DNA from: Escherichia coli
Lineage (GTDB): Bacteria; Pseudomonadota; Gammaproteobacteria; Enterobacterales; Enterobacteriaceae
Reading direction: 5' to 3' (one strand)
Length of the DNA: 64,000 nucleotides
Assembly (NCBI RefSeq): GCF_013315695.1
Contig: NZ_CP054353.1
The translations under genes and the position numbers were made by a program. This document shows, piece after piece, positions 10,065 through 24,391 of this stretch. Within the stretch, counting starts at the first letter, position 1. Every line of letters begins with the position of its first letter. The notes beneath the pieces were generated by a model. That model searched no databases, had not been told where the DNA came from, and was given only the letters and a program-made list of their open reading frames with translations.

Positions 10065-10491
10065 TTAGTGCGGAAATATTTGTGTAGTGTTCTGAATGTT
10101 CTCAGTAAAGAGTAATGAATTATCAAAGGTATAGTAATACCTTTTGTTTTCGTGGATATTTGTAATCCATCTGAAAACCCCTGCTGTAGCAAGATTTTTC
10201 CTGTATTCGTAAAATGATAACTCTCCTGATTTGAATCCTTTTAAGGTGGCTTCTATAAGGCATTTATTTTTTTGAAAATCTTACATTTACAACCTTACCC
10301 TGTCCTTTTATTAAAACCGTATTATCGTTTTCAAGAACAAGATGAATATTCTCTGTGGCTAAATAGTAAATGTAATGTGAGACATTGTGACGTTTTAGTT
10401 CAGAATAAAACCAGTGATAGTTTAAATTATTTCGCACTTTATCGAATATTTGTTTAAAAATGGCAACCTGAGCCATTGTAGTACCTTCCAT
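10065..10491 (-). pseudogene. AT-rich moron gene (lambda orf-78-like as recalled), split by a 1-nt frameshift at a homopolymer tract
   Basis: 75-aa N-terminal ORF ends at a stop inside an A7 run (T7 on + strand, 10267-10273); a ~68-codon C-terminal continuation is open in the adjacent frame to 10065. Confidence 0.45.
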
Positions 10492-10533
10492 GTGATATGA
10501 GGGGGCGTAGTCTGCACGATTATCTAGATTGCT

Positions 10534-10767
10534 TCAATCTGGTCTAACCTGTTTTCTGAGCAATTCAGTAATGTCACTCTTTTCTTTGTTTGCTTCAGGC
10601 GAAACTCTTTTTTCTGAGCACAGTCTCCGGCGGCAGGCTTCAATGACCCAGGCTGAGAAATTCCCGGACCCTTTTTGAACAAGAGCGATGTTAATTTGTT
10701 CAATCATTTGGTTAGGAAAGCGGATGTTGCGGGTTGTTGTTCTGCGGGTTCTGTTCTTCGTTGACAT
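10534..10767 (-). CDS. Arc/Mnt-type ribbon-helix-helix DNA-binding protein (77 aa)
   Basis: Basic N-terminus, beta-strand RNIRFP, helices NQMIEQINIALVQKG and SGNFSAWVIEACRRRL. Confidence 0.55.
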   Translation of the reverse strand: MSTKNRTRRTTTRNIRFPNQMIEQINIALVQKGSGNFSAWVIEACRRRLCSEKRVSPEANKEKSDITELLRKQVRPD

Positions 10768-10949
10768 GAGGTTGCCCTGTATTCAGTGTCGCTGATTTGT
10801 ATTGTCTGAAGTTGTTTTTACGTTAAGTTGATGCAGATCAATTAATACGATACCTGCGTCATAATTGATTATTTGACGTGGTTTGATGGCGTAGATGCAC
10901 GTTGTGACATGTAGATGATAATTATTATCATTTTTCGGGTCCTTTCCGG

Positions 10950-10990
10950 CGATCCGACAGGTTACGGGGCGGCGACCTCGCGGGTTTTCG
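10950..10990 (+). other. cos site (cosN, 12-nt cohesive end gggcggcgacct at 10967-10978)
   Basis: ..gatccgacaggttacg|gggcggcgacct|cgcgggttttcgctatttatg.. matches the lambda cohesive-end junction. Confidence 0.85.
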
Positions 10991-11155
10991 CTATTTATGA
11001 AAATTTTCCGGTTTAAGGCGTTTCCGTTCTTCTTCGTCGTAACTTAATGTTTTTATTTAAAATACCCCCTGAAAAGAAAGGAAACGACAGGTGCTGAAAG
11101 CGAGCTTTTTGGCCTCTGTCGTTTCCTTTCTCTGTTTTTGTCCGTGGAATGAGCA

Positions 11156-11675
11156 ATGGAAGTCAACAAAAAGCAGCTGGCTGACATTTTCGGTGCGAGT
11201 ATCCGTACCATTCAGAACTGGCAGGAACAGGGAATGCCCGTTCTGCGAGGCGGTGGCAAGGGTAATGAGGTGCTTTATGACTCTGCCGCCGTCATAAAAT
11301 GGTATGCCGAAAGGGATGCTGAAATTGAGAACGAAAAGCTGCGCCGGGAGGTTGAAGAACTGCGGCAGGCCAGCGAGGCAGATCTCCAGCCAGGGACTAT
11401 TGAGTACGAACGCCACCGACTTACGCGTGCGCAGGCCGACGCACAGGAACTGAAGAATGCCAGAGACTCCGCTGAAGTGGTGGAAACCGCATTCTGTACT
11501 TTCGTGTTGTCGCGGATCGCAGGTGAAATTGCCAGTATTCTCGACGGGATCCCCCTGTCGGTGCAGCGGCGTTTTCCGGAACTGGAAAACCGACATGTTG
11601 ATTTCCTGAAACGGGATATCATCAAAGCCATGAACAAAGCAGCCGCGCTGGATGAACTGATACCGGGGTTGCTGA

Positions 11676-11701
<26 letters not shown>
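11156..11701 (+). CDS. nu1: Terminase small subunit
   Basis: 181-aa product MEVNKKQLADIFGASIRTIQNWQEQGMPVL..., lambda Nu1. Confidence 0.9.
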
Positions 11702-15382
<3,681 letters not shown>

Positions 15383-15402
<20 letters not shown>

Positions 15403-16702
15403 TCTCCCGCATATTACCAGTATGGCCTTTAATGAGCCGCTGATGCTTGAACCCGCCTATGCGCGGGTTTTCTTTTGTGCGCTTGCAGGCCAGCTTGGGA
15501 TCAGCCGCCTGACGGATGCGGTATCCGGCGACAGCCTGACTGCCGGAGAGGCACCCGCGGCGCTGGCGTTATCCGTTGATGATGACGGACCACGGCAGGC
15601 CCGCAGTTATCAGGTCATGAACGGCATCGCCGTGCTGCCGGTGTCCGGCACGCTGGTCAGCCGGACGCGGGCGCTGCAGCCGTATTCGGGGATGACCGGT
15701 TACAACGGCATTATCGCCCGTCTGCAACAGGCTGCCAGCGACCCGATGGTGGACGGCATTCTGCTCGATATGGATACGCCAGGCGGGATGGTGGCAGGGG
15801 CATTTGACTGCGCTGACATCATCGCCCGTGTGCGTGACATAAAGCCGGTATGGGCGCTGGCCAATGACATGAACTGCAGCGCAGGTCAGCTGCTTGCCAG
15901 TGCCGCCTCCCGGCGTCTGGTCACGCAGACCGCCCGGACAGGCTCCATCGGCGTCATGATGGCTCACAGTAATTACGGTGCTGCGCTGGAGAAACAGGGC
16001 GTGGAAATCACGCTGATTTACAGCGGCAGCCATAAGGTGGATGGCAACCCCTACAGCCATCTTCCGGATGACGTCCGGGAGACACTGCAGTCCCGGATGG
16101 ATGCAACCCGCCGGATGTTTGCGCAGAAGGTGTCGGCATATACCGGCCTGTCCGTGCAGGCTGTGCTGGATACCGAGGCTGCAGTGTACAGCGGTCAGGA
16201 GGCCATTGATGCCGGACTGGCTGATGAACTTGTTAACAGCACCGATGCGATCACCGTCATGCGTGATGCACTGGATGCACGTAAATCCCGTCTCTCAGGA
16301 GGGCGAATGACCAAAGAGACTCAATCAACAACTGTTTCAGCCACCGCTTCGCAGGCTGACGTTACTGACGTGGTGCAAGCGACGGAGGGCGAAAACGCCA
16401 GCGCGGCGCAGCCGGACGTGAACACGCAGATCACCGCAGCGGTTGCGGCAGAAAACAGCCGCATTATGGGGATCCTCAACTGTGAGGAGGCTCACGGACG
16501 CGAAGAACAGGCGCGCGTGCTGGCAGAAACCCCCGGAATGACCGTGGAAACGGCCCGCCGCATTCTGGCCGCAGCACCACAGAGTGCACAGGCGCGCAGT
16601 GACACTGCGCTGGATCGTCTGATGCAGGGTGCACCGGCACCACTGGCTGCAGGTAACCCGGCATCTGATGCCGTTAACGATTTGCTGAACACACCAGTGT
16701 AA
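15383..16702 (+). CDS. C: Capsid maturation protease C with nested scaffold Nu3 in the same frame
   Basis: GTG start at 15383 (..VTAELRNLPHITSMAFNEPLM..), S49/ClpP-like protease, lambda gpC. Confidence 0.8.
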
Positions 16703-16711
16703 GGGATGTTT

Positions 16712-17044
16712 ATGACGAGCAAAGAAACCTTTACCCATTACCAGCCGCTGGGCAACAGTGACCCGGCTCATACCGCAACCGCGCCCGGCGGATTGAGTGC
16801 GAAAGCGCCTGCAATGACTCCGCTGATGCTTGACACCGCCACCCGTAAGCTGGTTGCGTGGGATGGCACCACCGACGGTGCTGCCGTTGGCATTCTGGCT
16901 GTTGCAGCTGACCAGACCAGCACCACGCTGACGTTCTACAAGTCCGGCACGTTCCGTTATGAGGATGTGCTCTGGCCGGAGGCTGCCAGCGACGAGACGA
17001 AAAAACGGACCGCGTTTGCCGGAACGGCAATCAGCATCGTTTAA
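16712..17044 (+). CDS. D: Head decoration protein D
   Basis: [27 protein letters not shown]..., lambda gpD. Confidence 0.9.
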   Translation: MTSKETFTHYQPLGNSDPAHTATAPGGLSAKAPAMTPLMLDTATRKLVAWDGTTDGAAVGILAVAADQTSTTLTFYKSGTFRYEDVLWPEAASDETKKRTAFAGTAISIV

Positions 17045-17063
17045 CTTTACCCTTCATCACTAA

Positions 17064-17087
17064 AGGCCGCCTGTGCGGCTTTTTTTA
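17064..17087 (+). terminator. Hairpin with T7 run between D and E
   Basis: ggccgc-ctgt-gcggc followed by ttttttt. Confidence 0.4.
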
Positions 17088-17099
17088 CGGGATTTTTTT

Positions 17100-18125
17100 A
17101 TGTCGATGTACACAACCGCCCAGCTGCTGGCGGCAAATGAGCAGAAATTTAAGTTTGATCCGCTGTTTCTGCGTCTCTTTTTCCGTGAGAGCTATCCCTT
17201 CACCACGGAGAAAGTCTATCTCTCACAAATTCCGGGACTGGTAAACATGGCGCTGTACGTTTCGCCGATTGTTTCCGGTGAGGTTATCCGCTCCCGTGGC
17301 GGCTCCACCTCTGAATTTACACCGGGATATGTCAAGCCGAAGCATGAGGTGAATCCGCAGATGACCCTGCGTCGCCTGCCGGATGAAGATCCGCAGAATC
17401 TGGCGGACCCGGCTTACCGCCGCCGTCGCATCATCATGCAGAACATGCGTGACGAAGAGCTGGCCATTGCTCAGGTCGAAGAGATGCAGGCCGTTTCTGC
17501 CGTGCTTAAGGGCAAATACACCATGACCGGTGAAGCCTTCGATCCGGTTGAGGTGGATATGGGCCGCAGTGCGGCGAATAACATCACGCAGTCCGGCGGC
17601 ACGGAGTGGAGCAAGCGTGACAAGTCCACGTATGACCCGACCGACGATATCGAAGCCTACGCGCTGAACGCCAGCGGTGTGGTGAATATCATCGTGTTTG
17701 ATCCGAAAGGCTGGGCGCTGTTCCGTTCCTTCAAAGCCGTCAGGGAGAAGCTGGATACCCGTCGTGGCTCTCATTCCGAGCTGGAGACAGCGGTAAAAGA
17801 CCTGGGTAAAGCGGTGTCCTATAAGGGTATGTATGGCGATGTTGCCATCGTCGTGTATTCCGGACAGTACGTGGAAAACGGCGTCAAAAAGAACTTCCTG
17901 CCGGACAACACGATGGTGCTGGGGAACACTCAGGCACGCGGTCTGCGCACCTATGGTTGTATTCAGGATGCGGACGCACAGCGCGAAGGCATTAACGCCT
18001 CTGCCCGTTACCCGAAAAACTGGGTGACCACCGGCGATCCGGCACGTGAGTTCACCATGATTCAGTCAGCACCGCTGATGCTGCTGGCTGACCCTGATGA
18101 GTTCGTGTCCGTACAACTGGCGTAA
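17100..18125 (+). CDS. E: Major capsid protein E
   Basis: MSMYTTAQLLAANEQKFKFDPLFLRLFF..., lambda gpE. Confidence 0.9.
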   Translation: MSMYTTAQLLAANEQKFKFDPLFLRLFFRESYPFTTEKVYLSQIPGLVNMALYVSPIVSGEVIRSRGGSTSEFTPGYVKPKHEVNPQMTLRRLPDEDPQNLADPAYRRRRIIMQNMRDEELAIAQVEEMQAVSAVLKGKYTMTGEAFDPVEVDMGRSAANNITQSGGTEWSKRDKSTYDPTDDIEAYALNASGVVNIIVFDPKGWALFRSFKAVREKLDTRRGSHSELETAVKDLGKAVSYKGMYGDVAIVVYSGQYVENGVKKNFLPDNTMVLGNTQARGLRTYGCIQDADAQREGINASARYPKNWVTTGDPAREFTMIQSAPLMLLADPDEFVSVQLA

Positions 18126-18166
18126 TCATGGCCCTTCGGGGCCATTGTCTCTCTGTGGAGAAGTCC

Positions 18167-18562
18167 ATGACGAAAGATGAACTGATTGCCCGTCTCCGCT
18201 CGCTGGGTGAACAACTGAACCGTGATGTCAGCCTGACGGGGACGAAAGAAGAACTGGCGCTCCGTGTGGCAGAGCTGGAAGAAGAGCTTGATGACACGGG
18301 CGACACTGCCGGTCAGGATACCCCTCTCAGCCCGGAAAATGTGCTGACCGGACATGAAAATGAGGTTGTATCAGCGCAGCCGGATACCGTGACTGATACG
18401 GCTGATCTGGTCACGGTTGTGGCACTGGTGACGCTGCATACTGATGCACTTCACGCCACGCGGGATGAGGCTGTGGCATTTGTGCTGCCGGGAACGGCGT
18501 TCCGTGTCTCTGCCGGTGTGGCAGCTGAAATGACAGAGCGCGGCCTGGCCAGAATGCAATAA
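18167..18562 (+). CDS. FI: DNA-packaging protein FI
   Basis: MTKDELIARLRSLGEQLNRDVSLTGTKEELALRVAELEEEL..., lambda gpFI. Confidence 0.85.
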   Translation: MTKDELIARLRSLGEQLNRDVSLTGTKEELALRVAELEEELDDTGDTAGQDTPLSPENVLTGHENEVVSAQPDTVTDTADLVTVVALVTLHTDALHATRDEAVAFVLPGTAFRVSAGVAAEMTERGLARMQ

Positions 18563-18573
18563 CGGGAGGCGCT

Positions 18574-18927
18574 GTGGCTGATTTCGATAACCTGTTCGAT
18601 GCTGCCATTGCCTGCGCCGATGAAACGATACGCGGGTACATGGGAACGTCAGCCACCATGACATCCGGTGAGCAGTCCGGTGCTGTGATACGTGGTGTTT
18701 TTGATGACCCTGAAAATATCAGCTATGCCGGACAGGGCGTGCGCGTTGAAGGCTCCAGCCCGTCCCTGTTTGTCCGGACTGATGATGTGCGGCAACTGCG
18801 GCGTGGAGACACGCTGACCATCGGTGAGGAAAACTTCTGGATAGATCGTGTTTCGCCGGATGATGGCGGAAGCTGTCATCTCTGGCTTGGGCGGGGCGTA
18901 CCGCCTGCCGTTAACCGTCGCCGCTGA
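18574..18927 (+). CDS. FII: Head-tail connector FII
   Basis: MADFDNLFDAAIACADETIRGYMGT..., lambda gpFII. Confidence 0.85.
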   Translation: MADFDNLFDAAIACADETIRGYMGTSATMTSGEQSGAVIRGVFDDPENISYAGQGVRVEGSSPSLFVRTDDVRQLRRGDTLTIGEENFWIDRVSPDDGGSCHLWLGRGVPPAVNRRR

Positions 18928-18938
18928 AAGGGGGATGT

Positions 18939-19517
18939 ATGGCCATAAAAGGTCTTGAGCAGGCCGTTGAAAACCTCAGCCGTATCAGCAAAACGGCGGT
19001 TCCCGGTGCCGCCGCAATGGCCATTAACCGCGTTGCGTCATCCGCGATATCGCAGTCGGCGTCACAGGTTGCCCGTGAGACAAAGGTACGCCGGAAACTG
19101 GTAAAGGAAAGGGCCAGGCTGAAAAGGGCCACGGTCAAAAATCCGCAGGCCAGAATCAAAGTTAACCGGGGGGATTTGCCCGTAATCAAGCTGGGTAATG
19201 CGCGGGTTGTCCTGTCCCGCCGCAGGCGTCGTAAAAAGGGGCAGCGTTCATCCCTGAAAGGTGGCGGCAGCGTGCTTGTGGTGGGTAACCGTCGTATTCC
19301 CGGCGCGTTTATTCAGCAACTGAAAAATGGCCGGTGGCATGTTATGCAGCGTGTGGCCGGGAAAAACCGTTACCCCATTGATGTGGTGAAAATCCCGATG
19401 GCGGTGCCGCTGACCACGGCGTTTAAACAGAATATTGAACGGATACGGCGTGAACGTCTTCCGAAAGAGCTGGGCTATGCGCTGCAGCATCAACTGAGAA
19501 TGGTAATAAAGCGATGA
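18939..19517 (+). CDS. Z: Tail terminator/completion protein Z
   Basis: 192 aa, lambda gpZ. Confidence 0.85.
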   Translation: MAIKGLEQAVENLSRISKTAVPGAAAMAINRVASSAISQSASQVARETKVRRKLVKERARLKRATVKNPQARIKVNRGDLPVIKLGNARVVLSRRRRRKKGQRSSLKGGGSVLVVGNRRIPGAFIQQLKNGRWHVMQRVAGKNRYPIDVVKIPMAVPLTTAFKQNIERIRRERLPKELGYALQHQLRMVIKR

Positions 19518-19909
19518 AACATACTGAACTCCGTGCAGCCGTACTGGATGCACTGGAGAAGCATGACACCGGGGCGACGCTTTTTGATGGTCGCCCCGCT
19601 GTTTTTGATGAGGAAGATTTTCCGGCAATTGCCGTTTATCTCACCGGCGCTGAATACACGGGCGAAGAGCTGGACAGCGATACCTGGCAGGCGGAGCTGC
19701 ATATTGAAGTTTTCCTGCCTGCTCAGGTGCCGGATTCAGAGCTGGATTCGTGGATGGAGTCCCGGATTTATCCGGTGATGAGCGATATCCCGGCACTGTC
19801 AGATTTGATCACCAGTATGGTGGCCAGTGGCTATGACTACCGGCGCGACGATGATGCGGGCCTGTGGAGTTCAGCCGATCTGACTTATGTCATTACCTAT
19901 GAAATGTGA
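19514..19909 (+). CDS. U: Tail tube terminator U
   Basis: 131 aa, lambda gpU. Confidence 0.85.
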   Translation: MKHTELRAAVLDALEKHDTGATLFDGRPAVFDEEDFPAIAVYLTGAEYTGEELDSDTWQAELHIEVFLPAQVPDSELDSWMESRIYPVMSDIPALSDLITSMVASGYDYRRDDDAGLWSSADLTYVITYEM

Positions 19910-19916
19910 GGACGCT

Positions 19917-20657
19917 ATGCCTGTACCAAATCCTGTAATGCCGGTGAAAGGTGCCGGGACCACCCTGTGGGTTTATAAGGGGAGCGGTGACCCTTATGCG
20001 AACCCGCTTTCAGACGTTGACTGGTCGCGTCTGGCAAAAGTTAAAGACCTGACGCCCGGCGAACTGACCGCTGAGTCCTATGACGACAGTTATCTCGATG
20101 ATGAGGATGCGGACTGGACTGCGACCGGGCAGGGGCAGAAATCAGCCGGAGATACCAGCTTCACGCTGGCGTGGATGCCCGGAGAGCAGGGGCAGCAGGC
20201 GCTGCTGGCGTGGTTTAATGAAGGTGATACCCGTGCCTATAAAATCCGCTTCCTGAACGGCACGGTCGATGTGTTCCGTGGCTGGGTCAGCAGCATCGGT
20301 AAGGCGGTGACGGCAAAGGAAGTGATCACCCGTACGGTGAAGGTCACCAATGTGGGTCGTCCGTCAATGGCAGAAGAACACAGTACGGTGACGGCGGCAA
20401 CCGGTATGACCGTGACGCCAGCCAGCGCTTCCGTAGTGAAAGGGAAGAGCACCACGCTGACCGTGGCCTTCCAGCCGGAAGGCGCAACCGACAAGAGCTT
20501 CCGTGCGGTGTCAGCGGATAAAACAAAAGCTACCGTGTCGGTCAGTGGTATGACCATCACCGTGAATGGCGTTGCTGCAGGTAAGGTCAACATTCCGGTC
20601 GTATCCGGTAATGGTGAGTTTGCTGCGGTTGCAGAAATTACCGTCACCGCCAGTTAA
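19917..20657 (+). CDS. V: Major tail tube protein V
   Basis: [33 protein letters not shown]... with C-terminal Ig-like domain; start at the internal Met of ORF 19887-20657. Confidence 0.9.
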   Translation: MPVPNPVMPVKGAGTTLWVYKGSGDPYANPLSDVDWSRLAKVKDLTPGELTAESYDDSYLDDEDADWTATGQGQKSAGDTSFTLAWMPGEQGQQALLAWFNEGDTRAYKIRFLNGTVDVFRGWVSSIGKAVTAKEVITRTVKVTNVGRPSMAEEHSTVTAATGMTVTPASASVVKGKSTTLTVAFQPEGATDKSFRAVSADKTKATVSVSGMTITVNGVAAGKVNIPVVSGNGEFAAVAEITVTAS

Positions 20658-20672
20658 TCCGGAGAGTCAGCG

Positions 20673-21095
20673 ATGTTCCTGAAAACCGAATCATTTGAAC
20701 ATAACGGTGTGACCGTCACGCTTTCTGAACTGTCAGCCCTGCAGCGCATTGAGCATCTCGCCCTGATGAAACGGCAGGCAGAACAGGCGGAGTCAGACAG
20801 CAACCGGAAGTTTACTGTGGAAGACGCCATCAGAACCGGCGCGTTTCTGGTGGCGATGTCCCTGTGGCATAACCATCCGCAGAAGACGCAGATGCCGTCC
20901 ATGAATGAAGCCGTTAAACAGATTGAGCAGGAAGTGCTTACCACCTGGCCCACGGAGGCAATTTCTCATGCTGAAAACGTGGTGTACCGGCTGTCTGGTA
21001 TGTATGAGTTTGTGGTGAATAATGCCCCTGAACAGACAGAGGACGCCGGGCCCGCAGAGCCTGTTTCTGCGGGAAAGTGTTCGACGGTGAGCTGA
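20673..21095 (+). CDS. G: Tail assembly chaperone G
   Basis: 140 aa, lambda gpG; slippery heptamer gggaaag at 21071-21077 near its 3' end. Confidence 0.85.
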   Translation: MFLKTESFEHNGVTVTLSELSALQRIEHLALMKRQAEQAESDSNRKFTVEDAIRTGAFLVAMSLWHNHPQKTQMPSMNEAVKQIEQEVLTTWPTEAISHAENVVYRLSGMYEFVVNNAPEQTEDAGPAEPVSAGKCSTVS

Positions 21096-21511
21096 GTTTT
21101 GCCCTGAAACTGGCGCGTGAGATGGGGCGACCCGACTGGCGTGCCATGCTTGCCGGGATGTCATCCACGGAGTATGCCGACTGGCACCGCTTTTACAGTA
21201 CCCATTATTTTCATGATGTTCTGCTGGATATGCACTTTTCCGGGCTGACGTACACCGTGCTCAGCCTGTTTTTCAGCGATCCGGATATGCATCCGCTGGA
21301 TTTCAGTCTGCTGAACCGGCGCGAGGCTGACGAAGAGCCTGAAGATGATGTGCTGATGCAGAAAGCGGCAGGGCTTGCCGGAGGTGTCCGCTTTGGCCCG
21401 GACGGGAATGAAGTTATCCCCGCTTCCCCGGATGTGGCGGACATGACGGAGGATGACGTAATGCTGATGACAGTATCAGAAGGGATCGCAGGAGGAGTCC
21501 GGTATGGCTGA
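21077..21511 (+). CDS. T: T frame of the G-T tail assembly chaperone (expressed by -1 programmed frameshift from G)
   Basis: Overlapping -1 frame downstream of GGGAAAG; lambda gpGT architecture. Confidence 0.8.
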   Translation: MFDGELSFALKLAREMGRPDWRAMLAGMSSTEYADWHRFYSTHYFHDVLLDMHFSGLTYTVLSLFFSDPDMHPLDFSLLNRREADEEPEDDVLMQKAAGLAGGVRFGPDGNEVIPASPDVADMTEDDVMLMTVSEGIAGGVRYG

Positions 21512-24065
21512 ACCGGTAGGCGATCTGGTCGTTGATTTGAGTCTGGATGCGGCCAGATTTGACGAGCAGATGGCCAGAGTCAGGCGTCATTTTTCCGGTA
21601 CGGAAAGTGATGCGAAAAAAACAGCGGCAGTCGTTGAACAGTCGCTGAGCCGACAGGCGCTGGCTGCACAGAAAGCGGGGATTTCCGTCGGGCAGTATAA
21701 AGCCGCCATGCGTATGCTGCCTGCACAGTTCACCGACGTGGCCACGCAGCTTGCCGGCGGGCAAAGTCCGTGGCTGATCCTGCTGCAACAGGGGGGGCAG
21801 GTGAAGGACTCCTTCGGCGGGATGATCCCCATGTTCAGGGGGCTTGCCGGTGCGATCACCCTGCCGATGGTGGGGGCCACCTCGCTGGCGGTGGCGACCG
21901 GTGCGCTGGCGTATGCCTGGTATCAGGGCAACTCAACCCTGTCCGATTTCAACAAAACGCTGGTCCTTTCCGGCAATCAGGCGGGACTGACGGCAGATCG
22001 TATGCTGGTCCTGTCCAGAGCCGGGCAGGCGGCAGGGCTGACGTTTAACCAGACCAGCGAGTCACTCAGCGCACTGGTTAAGGCGGGGGTAAGCGGTGAG
22101 GCTCAGATTGCGTCCATCAGCCAGAGTGTGGCGCGTTTCTCCTCTGCATCCGGCGTGGAGGTGGACAAGGTCGCTGAAGCCTTCGGGAAGCTGACCACAG
22201 ACCCGACGTCGGGGCTGACGGCGATGGCACGCCAGTTCCATAACGTGACGGCGGAGCAGATTGCGTATGTTGCTCAGTTGCAGCGTTCCGGCGATGAAGC
22301 CGGGGCATTGCAGGCGGCGAACGAGGCCGCAACGAAAGGGTTTGATGACCAGACCCGCCGCCTGAAAGAGAACATGGGCACGCTGGAGACCTGGGCAGAC
22401 AGGACAGCGCGGGCATTCAAATCCATGTGGGATGCGGTGCTGGATATTGGTCGTCCTGATACCGCGCAGGAGATGCTGATTAAGGCAGAGGCTGCGTTTA
22501 AGAAAGCAGACGACATCTGGAATCTGCGCAAGGATGATTATTTTGTTAACGATGAAGCGCGGGCGCGTTACTGGGATGATCGTGAAAAGGCCCGTCTTGC
22601 GCTTGAAGCCGCCCGAAAGAAGGCTGAGCAGCAGACTCAACAGGACAAAAATGCGCAGCAGCAGAGCGATACCGAAGCGTCACGGCTGAAATATACCGAA
22701 GAGGCGCAGAAGGCTTACGAACGGCTGCAGACGCCGCTGGAGAAATATACCGCCCGTCAGGAAGAACTGAACAAGGCACTGAAAGACGGGAAAATCCTGC
22801 AGGCGGATTACAACACGCTGATGGCGGCGGCGAAAAAGGATTATGAAGCGACGCTGAAAAAGCCGAAACAGTCCGGCGTGAAGGTGTCTGCGGGCGATCG
22901 TCAGGAAGACAGTGCTCATGCTGCCCTGCTGACGCTTCAGGCAGAACTCCGGACGCTGGAGAAGCATGCCGGAGCAAATGAGAAAATCAGCCAGCAGCGC
23001 CGGGATTTGTGGAAGGCGGAGAGTCAGTTCGCGGTACTGGAGGAGGCGGCGCAACGTCGCCAGCTGTCTGCACAGGAGAAATCCCTGCTGGCGCATAAAG
23101 ATGAGACGCTGGAGTACAAACGCCAGCTGGCTGCACTTGGCGACAAGGTTACGTATCAGGAGCGCCTGAACGCGCTGGCGCAGCAGGCGGATAAATTCGC
23201 ACAGCAGCAACGGGCAAAACGGGCCGCCATTGATGCGAAAAGCCGGGGGCTGACTGACCGGCAGGCAGAACGGGAAGCCACGGAACAGCGCCTGAAGGAA
23301 CAGTATGGCGATAATCCGCTGGCGCTGAATAACGTCATGTCAGAGCAGAAAAAGACCTGGGCGGCTGAAGACCAGCTTCGCGGGAACTGGATGGCAGGCC
23401 TGAAGTCCGGCTGGAGTGAGTGGGAAGAGAGCGCCACGGACAGTATGTCGCAGGTAAAAAGTGCAGCCACGCAGACCTTTGATGGTATTGCACAGAATAT
23501 GGCGGCGATGCTGACCGGCAGTGAGCAGAACTGGCGCAGCTTCACCCGTTCCGTGCTGTCCATGATGACAGAAATTCTGCTTAAGCAGGCAATGGTGGGG
23601 ATTGTCGGGAGTATCGGCAGCGCCATTGGCGGGGCTGTTGGTGGCGGCGCATCCGCGTCAGGCGGTACAGCCATTCAGGCCGCTGCGGCGAAATTCCATT
23701 TTGCAACCGGAGGATTTACGGGAACCGGCGGCAAATATGAGCCAGCGGGGATTGTTCACCGTGGTGAGTTTGTCTTCACGAAGGAGGCAACCAGCCGGAT
23801 TGGCGTGGGGAATCTTTACCGGCTGATGCGCGGCTATGCCACCGGCGGTTATGTCGGTACACCGGGCAGCATGGCAGACAGCCGGTCGCAGGCGTCCGGG
23901 ACGTTTGAGCAGAATAACCATGTGGTGATTAACAACGACGGCACGAACGGGCAGATAGGTCCGGCTGCTCTGAAGGCGGTGTATGACATGGCCCGCAAGG
24001 GTGCCCGTGATGAAATTCAGACACAGATGCGTGATGGTGGCCTGTTCTCCGGAGGTGGACGATGA
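21504..24065 (+). CDS. H: Tail tape measure protein H
   Basis: 853 aa, coiled-coil rich, lambda gpH. Confidence 0.9.
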   Translation: MAEPVGDLVVDLSLDAARFDEQMARVRRHFSGTESDAKKTAAVVEQSLSRQALAAQKAGISVGQYKAAMRMLPAQFTDVATQLAGGQSPWLILLQQGGQVKDSFGGMIPMFRGLAGAITLPMVGATSLAVATGALAYAWYQGNSTLSDFNKTLVLSGNQAGLTADRMLVLSRAGQAAGLTFNQTSESLSALVKAGVSGEAQIASISQSVARFSSASGVEVDKVAEAFGKLTTDPTSGLTAMARQFHNVTAEQIAYVAQLQRSGDEAGALQAANEAATKGFDDQTRRLKENMGTLETWADRTARAFKSMWDAVLDIGRPDTAQEMLIKAEAAFKKADDIWNLRKDDYFVNDEARARYWDDREKARLALEAARKKAEQQTQQDKNAQQQSDTEASRLKYTEEAQKAYERLQTPLEKYTARQEELNKALKDGKILQADYNTLMAAAKKDYEATLKKPKQSGVKVSAGDRQEDSAHAALLTLQAELRTLEKHAGANEKISQQRRDLWKAESQFAVLEEAAQRRQLSAQEKSLLAHKDETLEYKRQLAALGDKVTYQERLNALAQQADKFAQQQRAKRAAIDAKSRGLTDRQAEREATEQRLKEQYGDNPLALNNVMSEQKKTWAAEDQLRGNWMAGLKSGWSEWEESATDSMSQVKSAATQTFDGIAQNMAAMLTGSEQNWRSFTRSVLSMMTEILLKQAMVGIVGSIGSAIGGAVGGGASASGGTAIQAAAAKFHFATGGFTGTGGKYEPAGIVHRGEFVFTKEATSRIGVGNLYRLMRGYATGGYVGTPGSMADSRSQASGTFEQNNHVVINNDGTNGQIGPAALKAVYDMARKGARDEIQTQMRDGGLFSGGGR

Positions 24066-24391
24066 AGACCTTCCGCTGGAAAGTGAAACCAGGTATGGAT
24101 GTGGCTTCGGTCCCTTCTGTAAGAAAGGTGCGCTTTGGTGATGGCTATTCTCAGCGAGCGCCTGCCGGGCTGAATGCCAACCTGAAAACGTACAGCGTGA
24201 CGCTTTCTGTCCCCCGTGAGGAGGCCACGGTACTGGAGTCGTTTCTGGAAGAGCACGGGGGCTGGAAATCCTTTCTGTGGACGCCGCCTTATGAGTGGCG
24301 GCAGATAAAGGTGACCTGCGCAAAATGGTCGTCGCGGGTCAGTATGCTGCGTGTTGAGTTCAGCGCAGAGTTTGAACAGGTGGTGAACTGA
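24062..24391 (+). CDS. M: Tail tip protein M
   Basis: 109 aa, lambda gpM. Confidence 0.85.
   Translation: MKTFRWKVKPGMDVASVPSVRKVRFGDGYSQRAPAGLNANLKTYSVTLSVPREEATVLESFLEEHGGWKSFLWTPPYEWRQIKVTCAKWSSRVSMLRVEFSAEFEQVVN

Noticed and set aside
10272-10457. Plus-strand 61-aa ORF overlapping the AT-rich moron gene
   Set aside because: The opposing minus-strand frame has an RBS-backed start and a homologous downstream continuation; the plus-strand ORF looks like a shadow frame.
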